A DNA stretch of 64,000 nt, taken from the NCBI GenBank assembly GCA_037305845.1, contig CP147778.1, forward strand, positions 2,848,001 to 2,912,000, read 5' to 3'. The notes beneath the pieces are model-generated. The model worked only from the letters and a program-made list of their open reading frames with translations. It ran no database searches and was not told the origin of the DNA. Below are positions 1 through 8,834 of this stretch, one piece after another (the first letter of the stretch is position 1; each line of letters begins with the position of its first letter). The position numbers were made by a program, and so were the translations under genes. Source of the stretch: Candidatus Freyarchaeum deiterrae. Its GTDB lineage: Archaea; Asgardarchaeota; Jordiarchaeia; Jordiarchaeales; Jordiarchaeaceae.

Positions 1-275
1 AACATCCCTAAGTTGTAAGCAGAAATACCAGCAATGCTGAAGTACATCAAGAAGGCCACTATGCCGAACGTCACCAGTAACCGCAAAATTCCCACGGCGA
101 TTACTCCGGCGAGCGCCATTGCAACTCGGCGTTTCATGCTTTTGAGTTCTTGTTCCGGTTGCTCATATGTTCTGGCGCATGATTCACTGCAAAAGAAATA
201 CGTTCTGTCTCCTATCTTCCTTTTTATCGCCTTATCGGCTTCAACAGTCATTCCACAAACTGGATCTCTCGGCAT
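1..275 (-). CDS. Heavy-metal (probably Cu) P-type ATPase, N-terminal part with TRASH/YHS domain; runs off the left edge
   Basis: Not in the ORF track; hand translation from ATG at 275 gives MPRDPVCGMTVEADKAIKRKIGDRTYFFCSESCARTYEQPEQELKSMKRR followed by a hydrophobic TM segment. DPVCGM...YFFCSxxC is the TRASH/YHS motif; GAGG RBS upstream. The ATPase core is outside the window, so the ATPase call is inferred. Confidence 0.75.
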   Translation of the reverse strand, partial: MPRDPVCGMTVEADKAIKRKIGDRTYFFCSESCARTYEQPEQELKSMKRRVAMALAGVIAVGILRLLVTFGIVAFLMYFSIAGISAYNLGM

Positions 276-314
276 TTTATCATCCTCTTCTTTTTTTCAA
301 TTAATTTTTAGAAA

Positions 315-358
315 ATATCTCTATGCCATAGAGATATGTCTAATAAAGATATATCTTT
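315..358. promoter_or_regulatory. Two palindromes in the divergent promoter region, candidate operator of the PadR-TRASH regulator
   Basis: ATATCTCTATG-C-CATAGAGATAT (315-337, perfect 11-bp arms) and AAAGATATATCTTT (345-358). Confidence 0.5.
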
Positions 359-461
359 TAACATATATAAATATATCGTTTAAGTATATATCTTAAAAAG
401 TAATGTTTATATCCACGCACCTATAATTACATATTAGAAGACATGCTAGGAGGATACAAAA

Positions 462-929
462 ATGGTAACCGACGAAGAAGAATCTGAAAACATGGAAGAA
501 TATTTGTCAGACTTTAGCCGCTTCTACATCCTAACTTTTCTCTATGAGGGCCCAGTTCACGGCTACAGCATCATTAACCGATTCAAGAAAATATTAGGAA
601 AAACAATCAGCCCAAGTCTTGTCTACCCATTTCTTGAACAACTCGAAAAAAAGGGTTTAGTAAAGCATACACTGGAACCTGTAGGGGATAAACCCAAAAA
701 AGTCTTCGAACTCACCGAGGAAGGAAAAGAAGCCTGCACTCGCCTGTTCAAACGTTTCGCCAATCTTGTCTCCATAGCCATAGAGCCAAGCCTCGAAATT
801 TGCGCCCACTGTGGCACCAAGATCTACGAAGGAGGACATCGAGAAGTCATCAACGGAAAAGAAACAGCTTTCTGTTGCGTACACTGCGCCAACGCCTACA
901 AACAAGAAGCCGATGAGAAAAAACTCTAA
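462..929 (+). CDS. PadR-family wHTH regulator with C-terminal TRASH metal-binding domain
   Basis: GPVHGYSI...SLVYPFLEQLEKKGLV...FELTEEG PadR motif; C-terminal CAHCG...FCCVHC; AGGAGG RBS; divergent from the TRASH-ATPase gene. Confidence 0.85.
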   Translation: MVTDEEESENMEEYLSDFSRFYILTFLYEGPVHGYSIINRFKKILGKTISPSLVYPFLEQLEKKGLVKHTLEPVGDKPKKVFELTEEGKEACTRLFKRFANLVSIAIEPSLEICAHCGTKIYEGGHREVINGKETAFCCVHCANAYKQEADEKKL

Positions 930-1033
930 AAGATGGAAAGTGTGATGTGAGAAAATAATACGTGCCCCTTGTCTAAAGCGATGCGTCTGCTAAATGTTTC
1001 GGGAAGGGGTCATTCGAACGCAGATTTTTAAAA

Positions 1034-2191
1034 TTAAGCCTTGTCTAACGCGTGAGTTAAATCTTCTGTTAAATCTTCGATGTCTTCGACACCCACGGAT
1101 ATCCTTACCAAATTGTCCTTGATTCCGATTTTTTCTCTTTCTTTCTGAGGTATGCTGGCGTGTGTCATTGACGCTGGATGTTCGATCAAGGATTCAACTC
1201 CGCCTAGACTTTCTGCTAATGTAAAAATCCTAACCTCCTTCAGGAAGGCTTTAACATCCGTCTGATTGCCATCTATCTCAAAGGAAAGCATCCCTCCAAA
1301 CCCTGACATTTGCTTTTTCGCCAGTTCATGCTGTGGATGACTTTTTAGTCCTGGGTAATTTACTTTTTTAATCTTTGGATGAGATTCAAGATACGTTGCG
1401 ATTTTTTGCGCATTGAAGTTGTGTCTCTCCATTCTTATCGCCAAGGTTTTTATCCCTCTCAAAACTAGAAAACAGTCAAAGGGTGAAGGAACAGCGCCAA
1501 TTGCATTTTGGCTAAATTTTAGTTTGTGGTAGAGTTCCTCGTTGGAAAGCATTATGGCACCTCCGACCACATCGCTGTGTCCGCCAAGATACTTTGTGGT
1601 GCTGTGAAGTGCTACATCGGCTCCTAAATCCAGAGGGTTCTGAAAATAAGGGCTCATGAAGGTGTTGTCGACAACCGTCAAAATGTTTCTCCCCCCACCG
1701 ATTTCAGAAATCGCCTCTATATCGCATAATTTCATCAAAGGATTAGTTGGGGTCTCCAACCAGAACATTCTCGTGTTACTTTGGATGGCTTTTTCAACGT
1801 TTTTCGGATTTCTAGCATCCACATAAGTGAATTCCAATCCAAAATTGGAGAGAACCTGATTGAATAGTCTCCGCGTTCCTCCGTATAGATCATCGAACGC
1901 TACGATGTGGTCACCACTTTTCAACAAGGTCATCGCGAGCGTAGCCTCAGCCGCTAGACCAGAAGCAAAAGCCAAGCCGAATCTCGCGTTCTCTAAAACG
2001 GCTAATCGTTTTTCCAAGGCATGCCTAGTGGGATTTCCGCTCCTCGAATACTCATATCCACCAGTAGGTTTGTCTACTTCACTTCTGCCAAAAGTGGAAG
2101 ACATGTGGATAGGAATAACAACATCGCCACTACCGCCTTCTCTAAAATCTGGTTCCTCTCCAACATGGATGGCCTTTGTTGCAAACCTCAT
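1034..2191 (-). CDS. Cystathionine gamma-lyase/gamma-synthase family PLP enzyme
   Basis: YEYSRSGNPT, LETPTNP, VDNTF, HSTTKYLGGHSD (PLP Lys), AESLGGVESL; ATGA overlap with the upstream CBS gene. Confidence 0.93.
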   Translation of the reverse strand: MRFATKAIHVGEEPDFREGGSGDVVIPIHMSSTFGRSEVDKPTGGYEYSRSGNPTRHALEKRLAVLENARFGLAFASGLAAEATLAMTLLKSGDHIVAFDDLYGGTRRLFNQVLSNFGLEFTYVDARNPKNVEKAIQSNTRMFWLETPTNPLMKLCDIEAISEIGGGRNILTVVDNTFMSPYFQNPLDLGADVALHSTTKYLGGHSDVVGGAIMLSNEELYHKLKFSQNAIGAVPSPFDCFLVLRGIKTLAIRMERHNFNAQKIATYLESHPKIKKVNYPGLKSHPQHELAKKQMSGFGGMLSFEIDGNQTDVKAFLKEVRIFTLAESLGGVESLIEHPASMTHASIPQKEREKIGIKDNLVRISVGVEDIEDLTEDLTHALDKA

Positions 2192-3567
2192 TTAATAGCC
2201 TCTCTTTTCATGAAATAGTTTATCACGTCTATTGTGGCTATAATATCAACAATTTTATTGTTGTCAAGAACTAGAACTGCGTTCTTATCTTTTAACAGAG
2301 AAAACGGGTTAAGTATATTGTCCGTTTTTTTTACGGTTGGCAGAGGGTCGTCCATTACATCGCCAACCTTTTGTTCGCGCGATATTTCCTTGCTGGCCAA
2401 CTTCTTCATAATGCTGATTTCGCTCACACTTCCAACCTGAACACCGTCTGCGACGACAGGCAATTGGGATACGTCGTATTTGCTCAGAAGGACTATGGCA
2501 GTTCCTAGCGTGTCCTCTGGCTTCACCGACACAATAGTTTTAATCCTCTTTGATTTGTGTTTTAAGATATCCGCGACTAAAATTCTTTCCTCTACGCTTT
2601 CAAGGAATCCGTACTCTCTCATCCATTCGTCTGAGTAAATCTTACTCATGTAGTTCCTTCCCGTGTCTGGAAGAATAACCGCCAAAATTTGCCCCTTCTT
2701 CAAGTTCTTCGCTACTTGTAGAGCGGCGAATACTGCGGCTCCAGCAGAGCCCCCAGCGAAAATGCCTTCTTCCTTAGCCAGCCTTCTCGCGGTCAGGAAG
2801 GCATCTCGATCACTAACTACGATAATTTCATCTATCAATTTCAAATCCAGAGTGGATGGCATAAAGTCCTCGCCGATTCCCTCAACCTTGTATGTGTGAA
2901 TTTCTCCGGTTGTTCCATAGAATTCGTGATGAATCATTGAACCTTCTGGGTCTACGCCGATAACTCTGACATTTGGGTTCTTTTCTTTCAGATATTTTGC
3001 TGTTCCCGTAATGGTTCCTCCTGTGCCCGTGCTGGCCACCAAAACATCAACCTTGCCATCTGTTTGCTCCCAGATTTCTTTTCCAGTGGTTTTATAGTGA
3101 GCTTCGGGATTTGCGGGGTTAAAGTATTGATTAGGCATGAAGGCTCTTGGAGTTTCCTTGACTATTCTTTCTGCAACCTTTACATAATTAGTGGGATGAT
3201 CTGGGGGAACTGCGGTGGGGGTGACTATGACCTCCGCGCCGAAGGCTTTCAAAAGATCAATTTTTTCCCTGCTCATCTTATCTGGAATTGTAAAAATGAT
3301 TTTGTACCCTTTAGCAACAGCGGCCAATGCGAGTCCGATGCCTGTGTTTCCACCGGTTGGTTCAACGATAACGTACCCTGGCTCGATGAGCCCTTGGTTT
3401 TCCGCAGCTTCTATCATAGAGATTCCTATCCTGTCTTTGACGCTTCCGCCTGGGTTAAACATCTCCAGCTTTGCCAGAACGGTAGCCTCAATCCCTTCGG
3501 TGACCCTGTTAAGTTTCACCAGCGGGGTGTTGCCAACAGCTTCCAGAATATTGTTAAGATGTTTCAT
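2188..3567 (-). CDS. cbs: Cystathionine beta-synthase with C-terminal CBS domain pair
   Basis: NPGGSVKDR PLP Lys, GTGGT, VEGIGEDF, LPDTGRNY, then two CBS domains (VSQLPVV, IIATIDVI). Confidence 0.9.
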   Translation of the reverse strand: MKHLNNILEAVGNTPLVKLNRVTEGIEATVLAKLEMFNPGGSVKDRIGISMIEAAENQGLIEPGYVIVEPTGGNTGIGLALAAVAKGYKIIFTIPDKMSREKIDLLKAFGAEVIVTPTAVPPDHPTNYVKVAERIVKETPRAFMPNQYFNPANPEAHYKTTGKEIWEQTDGKVDVLVASTGTGGTITGTAKYLKEKNPNVRVIGVDPEGSMIHHEFYGTTGEIHTYKVEGIGEDFMPSTLDLKLIDEIIVVSDRDAFLTARRLAKEEGIFAGGSAGAAVFAALQVAKNLKKGQILAVILPDTGRNYMSKIYSDEWMREYGFLESVEERILVADILKHKSKRIKTIVSVKPEDTLGTAIVLLSKYDVSQLPVVADGVQVGSVSEISIMKKLASKEISREQKVGDVMDDPLPTVKKTDNILNPFSLLKDKNAVLVLDNNKIVDIIATIDVINYFMKREAIK

Positions 3568-3630
3568 TTCAGACCCTCATAATGACGACCGGTCTATTCT
3601 TTAATTTTATTCATAGTAAACTTTTATCTA

Positions 3631-3676
3631 TTCTTAACTATTGTTAAGTCAATTTGTTCTTAACTATTGTTAAGAA
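3631..3676. promoter_or_regulatory. Tandem palindromic operator upstream of the CBS-CGL operon
   Basis: TTCTTAACTATTGTTAAG at 3631-3648 and 3657-3674, 26 bp apart; each is CTTAAC-N4-GTTAAG. Confidence 0.65.
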
Positions 3677-3906
3677 ATCTTTTAAATTTTTGGGTGTGAA
3701 AACTGAAGCTCCTCCTCTAAATAGAATCATTACTACATTAAAGGAATCTTCTAAAACATAATTCTTTTAACAATGAGTTTATACGTTGAATTTGTATGAT
3801 TTAATCCAAAATAGCCGATTAAAGAAAATGAAGAGAATAAAAAGAAGTCAAAAAGCGAACGGGAAAGGTTGAACTCTTCAAGGTTGAAAACATTTGGTTC
3901 GCACCC

Positions 3907-5142
3907 TTATAATAGGGATTGAAAGTTGAAATCCTCTTTCAGAAGATCCGTTTTGTAAGCGCCCAATTCCGCATTCTTTAGTATGGTTTGTCTAATCTGC
4001 TGCTTCAACAGGGATCTATTCAAGTTCTTTCCAATAATTAATGCCCCTATTAATTTATTCTCCCGTAGGAGAAACTTCCTATATACGTTTTCGTGAAATG
4101 AGAGCCTCGAGAGTTCCTCAAAGCTTTGATCAGATCGGGTGACGCCAGCGGTCACGATATCGAGATCATAAACTCCCATCGAAAATAAATTTATTACCCC
4201 CTGAACCTCTCTTTCGGAGCCAGCCATATTATGAGCTACGATTTCTCCTTGTTCCTCGGCGTAGCTCCAACTGGGGTGAAGCCTAGGTTCTGATAGGATG
4301 GGGTCAAAGGTTTGGGTTACATCACCGGCGGCAAAGATGTTGGGTATACTGGTTCTCAGATATTGATCTGCTAGCACACCTCTCTCCGTTTTCACCCCGC
4401 TGCCTTCTAGGAAAGCTATGCTTGGACGTATCCCGACGGTTATAATAGCTAAGTCGCACGGAAGTTTTTGTCCATTCTTCAATACCACGGACTTGATCCT
4501 AGCATTTTCGCCCTCCAACTCGACAACTTCCTCGTTGAACCATAACTCTGTGCCCTCCCTCCTGAGCCGCTCTTCAATGATCTTTGAAGCTTTATTGTCA
4601 AGCGTTTCTGACCACAGGCGGTCCGCCTTTTCGACCACGGAAACATTAATACCGATTTTCCTTAGATGGGGAATCATCTTTAGTGCTATAGTTCCTCCAC
4701 CTATAACGGCCACGTTCTTGGCTTTCCTAGCTAGTCTAGTCACCCTTCTGGCATCATCAAGATTATAGAAGGTCGATACACCTTCTAGTTGAATTCCTCT
4801 CCATGGCGGGACGATGGGCTTTCCTCCCGTCGCGATAAGAAGAGAATCGTAATCCAGCGTCCGTCCGTCTGTTAATGTCACTTGATTCTGTTCACTGGAG
4901 ACTTTAAGTACTGTTCCCCCTACAAAGTTCACTCCCATTTTCTTGTAGAAATCCTTTCCTTTTTCGAACAGTTCTTCTTCACTCTTGTCTCCTGAGATCA
5001 GACGAGCGAGATGTTCCCTTCTATAGTAAGGGTATCCTTCATCGGATATTACTGTAATATCTTCTTTTCCGTCTAGCTTCCATAATGTTTCGGTTGCTGT
5101 GGCCCCCGCAGGACCACTTCCAATAATAAGATAACGCTTCAT
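3907..5142 (-). CDS. NAD(P)/FAD-dependent oxidoreductase (NirB N-terminal / rubredoxin-reductase-like)
   Basis: IIGSGPAG, LLIATGG, VIGGG, IFAAGD motifs. Confidence 0.88.
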   Translation of the reverse strand: MKRYLIIGSGPAGATATETLWKLDGKEDITVISDEGYPYYRREHLARLISGDKSEEELFEKGKDFYKKMGVNFVGGTVLKVSSEQNQVTLTDGRTLDYDSLLIATGGKPIVPPWRGIQLEGVSTFYNLDDARRVTRLARKAKNVAVIGGGTIALKMIPHLRKIGINVSVVEKADRLWSETLDNKASKIIEERLRREGTELWFNEEVVELEGENARIKSVVLKNGQKLPCDLAIITVGIRPSIAFLEGSGVKTERGVLADQYLRTSIPNIFAAGDVTQTFDPILSEPRLHPSWSYAEEQGEIVAHNMAGSEREVQGVINLFSMGVYDLDIVTAGVTRSDQSFEELSRLSFHENVYRKFLLRENKLIGALIIGKNLNRSLLKQQIRQTILKNAELGAYKTDLLKEDFNFQSLL

Positions 5143-5358
5143 TACGTAACCACCCTCCCATTACCTAATTATGGCAAGGTTATAGAACATATAAATCTAA
5201 CCTCTCAAATAAATCGGGTTAGAGTTAAAAGGATTACTTAAAGAGCTTGATGTTGACGTAATCGAGCTTGAGGATATTCTGGCTGAAGCTAAAAGGAATC
5301 TTATTATAAGATAAATTTTGATTTATCCTTTTTAGAACGGTTTTTGTCTTGTTCTGTG

Positions 5359-5492
5359 CTAAGGTTCTTTTTTAGGTAGGTTCTTTACAAGTGCTCTCAG
5401 TATTATTATCGCAGCCTTTTTGTCCAACGGTTCATTGTTGTTTCCACACTTCGGAGAAAAAATACAGGAAGGACGACCATCTTCACACTCAC
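5359..5492 (-). pseudogene. Displaced duplicate of the 3' end of the DUF1998 helicase gene
   Basis: 5365-5492 matches 6534-6661 with 10 mismatches in 128 bp; reads [43 protein letters not shown] with no start codon. Confidence 0.85.
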
Positions 5493-5764
5493 CGTTCTTA
5501 ATTTCATAACTCTGTTCGGAGAATATTTAGCGACACAAACCCGCCTAGTAGCCCAACGGGGAGTAGATTTAAAGGTCGCAGTCTACAGCTGGCTCTGCTT
5601 AACCGTCCTTCTGAGAATCCGAGGTGGGCAGACAGAGGCGAAAACCCAGCCAAAAAAGGAATAATTATGCCATACAAATACATATTGAAAATATTTATTA
5701 TTGCTAATACCCTAAAATAACATAGCTATATTGGCCAAAATGATGTCAAGTGAGGCTGTAAATA

Positions 5765-6475
5765 TTGTCGGGTTTGAAAGTTTCTGATTTCAAAATGTTT
5801 GAGAAGGCTCCCTATAAACTACGCGACTACAAGAACCACTTAGCAAGCCTTATAATGGGTATAAAAGAACAAGAAAAAACTTTTGGTTCCGCATTCGCCG
5901 GCAGATTCATAAAAAACGCTCTAAGGTTCATTGCTCAAAAAACCCAAGAGAAAACACCCGAAGATATTAAAAATCTAGACCAGTTGGCAGATTATATACT
6001 CTCAATCTCCGACAAACACCCAGACGCTTCCAACGCAATTTTGTATGCTCAGTGCAAGACCGAAATGGAGTTACAAGGTCAGTCTGGAGCAGGAACTCGG
6101 ATTGGGACGATAGGTTATCAGAGATCTAGCGGTATTGCGAAACCTTCCAGCGCTAAAGAGAGAAATGTTGATTTAGATCAGCTGATATCAAATCTTCGCA
6201 AGCTTGGGGTTGATATGAAGGTCGCTCCATTTGAATATGGATATAAAAAGAATGAAGATGAAAGTGTTGACATAATTTTGCCAGACTGTTACCTCAAGAG
6301 TGGGTGCCTAATGGCTCTCGATGAGGGCTTGTTAAAGCGGGCAGTCGGCGGGATGGACTGTGGTTACAGTAATGTTATGTGCCAGTTTTTAAAAATGTAT
6401 ACGGGCTATGAATGGGACTATAAACTATTAGAATTCGATAAACCCCACTGCATATTGAGAGTCTTCATGATCTAA
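5765..6475 (+). CDS. Hypothetical protein with Cys-containing V4R-like C-terminal domain
   Basis: 236-aa ORF; IILPDCYLKSGC...DCGY...PHCILRV pattern resembles V4R / NO-signalling-Golgi-transport ligand-binding fold. Confidence 0.55.
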   Translation: MSGLKVSDFKMFEKAPYKLRDYKNHLASLIMGIKEQEKTFGSAFAGRFIKNALRFIAQKTQEKTPEDIKNLDQLADYILSISDKHPDASNAILYAQCKTEMELQGQSGAGTRIGTIGYQRSSGIAKPSSAKERNVDLDQLISNLRKLGVDMKVAPFEYGYKKNEDESVDIILPDCYLKSGCLMALDEGLLKRAVGGMDCGYSNVMCQFLKMYTGYEWDYKLLEFDKPHCILRVFMI

Positions 6476-6524
6476 TCATTCATTCGGGAGACTTCAACAG
6501 AAAGAACAAACAAAACATTTTCCA

Positions 6525-8834
6525 TCATTCTTTTTCTTTTTTAGGTAGGTTCTTTACAAGTGCTCTCAGTATTATTATCGCAGCCTTTTTGTCCAAGGGT
6601 TCATTGTTGTTTCCGCACTTTGGAGAGTAAATGCAGGAAGGGCAGCCGTCTTCACACTCACAGCTCTCAATTAGTTCCAAGGTGTTGCTTGCCAATTCTT
6701 GGAAGAGCTGGTAGTTTTTTTCGCTTATCCCTATTCCCCCTTGGTAGCCATCGTAAATGAATATCGTTGCCTTTCCAGTGTTTGGATGCTCGTTTGTCGA
6801 AACTCCGCCAACATCTCTGCGGTCGCAGAGGGCGAAAAAGGGTGTCATAGCAATCATAGCATGCTCAACGGCATGTATTCCTCCCTCAAAATCCAAGTAT
6901 TTTTCTTTGACTTCTTCTACTACGTGGTCTGGGATTATAAACCAGAGTGCGGTTGTATCAAAGATAATTGGTGGGAGCTCTAGCGGTTCAATGTCCAGAA
7001 CTTCATCGTACTTCTTCAGAAAATACTTGTTATACCGCTTAGTGACTGTGACTTCACCCACTTTCACAGTAAAATCATTAAAGGTCTTTTCCTCAAATTC
7101 ACGGATTATCTGTATGTCAGACGTCTCCGCTGCCTCTGTGTAGTAATCGACATCCTCCTTCCTAACATAGGCAACATTATTATCCAAGTCTAAATCTTCA
7201 ACAAAGTATGTTTCACCCTGATGCAGAAAAATTGCCCCTCTATGAGCTTCAGAATAAGCCCGGCTGCGGTCTATAACCTCAAGAACCTTCCCTTCACAAA
7301 TCACCTTCACTTGATCACTGGAAATACTGTCTAAAGAAATCATGTCCACAGCTCGACGGGTTCCAGCGTATACAAATCCTTTAGGGCTCTTCATAATTAT
7401 TTTTTTGTCTTCAAGAATTTTCAGAGCTGATAAAAACGGGTTAGAATCTGCGTCCTCGTTTTTGACATTTTGGGATAAGAAATATTTAGAATCAGAATCC
7501 TTTAATGGAAGCTCCGCAGCAGCACACATCAAATGCCCGAGATTAATATACGGATTCTCAAGATCTATAATTGCGTGTTCATGAGGTTTTCCGAAGAATT
7601 TGTCCGGATGCTTCATGAAGTACTGGTCAAGCGGATTTTCAAAAGCTACCAGGGTAGCAAGAGCATCTTCAGTTCCTCTACCCGCTCTCCCTGCCTGTTG
7701 CCAGATGGATATCATAGTTCCCGGATAACCCGAAATTATTACCGCGTCCAGAGAACCAATATCTATACCCAGCTCCAAAGCGCTGGTGGACGCTACACCC
7801 AAAAGTTGCTTCTCCCTCAGCCTCTTTTCAATTTCTCTTCTCTCAGAGGGAAGATACCCCGCTCTATAAGACGTTATCCTCTCCTTCAGTTCAGGAATTT
7901 CTTCCCTAGTCCACCTAGCCATCAGCTCCGCCATTTTTCTTGAAACTGTGAAACAAAGAGTCTGAATGCCGTCTGCCACATGCTTGGCGAGCAGATTTTT
8001 CGTTTCCTGGTGTGGAGATTCTCGAACACCCTTGCCGATGAGCGGTGGATTCCAGAACACGAAATATTTCTTTCCGTGAGCTGATCCATCCTCAGAAACA
8101 ACTTCAAACTCTTTTCCGGTGAGTTTCGATGAGAGTTCCTCAGGATTCGCTATAGTGGCTGACGAGAGTATTATCTGTGGATTGGAACCATAGTGTTCAC
8201 ATATTCGAAGTAGACGCCTTATAAGCATAGCCATATTGGAGCCGAACACACCCCTATAGGTGTGCACCTCGTCCAGAACAATGAACGCCAAGTTGCTATA
8301 GAACCTCACCCATTTATTATGCCACGGCAAGTAAAGGTGAATCCCGTAAGGATTACTCATAACAATATTAGATTCCCGCCTAATTTTCGGACGAAGATTG
8401 GACGGTGTATCACCATCATATATATTCGCATTAATGTTAATCCCCGTTTCCAGCTCCATTTGCCTTAATACTTTAAGTTGGTCGTTGGTTAGAGCCTTCA
8501 AGGGATACAGATACAAGGCCGTAGCCTTGGGATTACCATAAATCCTTTCCAAAACTGGTAAATTGAAACACAGAGTTTTTCCCGAAGCAGTGGGTGTTGT
8601 AATGATAACGTTTTTGCCCTTCCTTACTTCGTTTATTGCTCTCGCCTGATGCGAGTAAAGTTTTATCCCCAATTTTTCCAGATAATTCTGCAACGGTTCT
8701 GGTAGTGGCTTGTCCAGCTTACCGTACTTAGCTTCTCTCGCGGGAATTACTTCCACATGCTCTATCTGACCGTTGTAGGAGACACCGTGCTGGATTTCAT
8801 TGATAAAGTCCGCAGGACTCACAGTCACTGTCAT
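6525..8834 (-). CDS. DEAD/DEAH-box helicase with DUF1998 Zn domain (MrfA/Hrq1/SftH family)
   Basis: TPTASGKT, DEVH, SAT, QQAGRAGR, C-terminal CECEDGCPSCIYSPKC. Confidence 0.93.
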   Translation of the reverse strand: MTVTVSPADFINEIQHGVSYNGQIEHVEVIPAREAKYGKLDKPLPEPLQNYLEKLGIKLYSHQARAINEVRKGKNVIITTPTASGKTLCFNLPVLERIYGNPKATALYLYPLKALTNDQLKVLRQMELETGININANIYDGDTPSNLRPKIRRESNIVMSNPYGIHLYLPWHNKWVRFYSNLAFIVLDEVHTYRGVFGSNMAMLIRRLLRICEHYGSNPQIILSSATIANPEELSSKLTGKEFEVVSEDGSAHGKKYFVFWNPPLIGKGVRESPHQETKNLLAKHVADGIQTLCFTVSRKMAELMARWTREEIPELKERITSYRAGYLPSERREIEKRLREKQLLGVASTSALELGIDIGSLDAVIISGYPGTMISIWQQAGRAGRGTEDALATLVAFENPLDQYFMKHPDKFFGKPHEHAIIDLENPYINLGHLMCAAAELPLKDSDSKYFLSQNVKNEDADSNPFLSALKILEDKKIIMKSPKGFVYAGTRRAVDMISLDSISSDQVKVICEGKVLEVIDRSRAYSEAHRGAIFLHQGETYFVEDLDLDNNVAYVRKEDVDYYTEAAETSDIQIIREFEEKTFNDFTVKVGEVTVTKRYNKYFLKKYDEVLDIEPLELPPIIFDTTALWFIIPDHVVEEVKEKYLDFEGGIHAVEHAMIAMTPFFALCDRRDVGGVSTNEHPNTGKATIFIYDGYQGGIGISEKNYQLFQELASNTLELIESCECEDGCPSCIYSPKCGNNNEPLDKKAAIIILRALVKNLPKKEKE

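Noticed and set aside
34-396. 120-aa plus-strand ORF
   Set aside because: Antisense shadow of the TRASH-ATPase start plus AT-rich promoter sequence.
960-1025. SECIS-like hairpin downstream of the CGL gene (minus strand ATGACCCCTT...AAA...AAGGGG)
   Set aside because: The 3' GA needed for the kink-turn core is missing and neighbouring genes have no in-frame UGA; more likely a hairpin between convergent genes.
5213-5314. Stop-free fragment IGLELKGLLKELDVDVIELEDILAEAKRNLIIR*
   Set aside because: Looks like a protein C-terminus remnant but has no start codon and is too short to assign.
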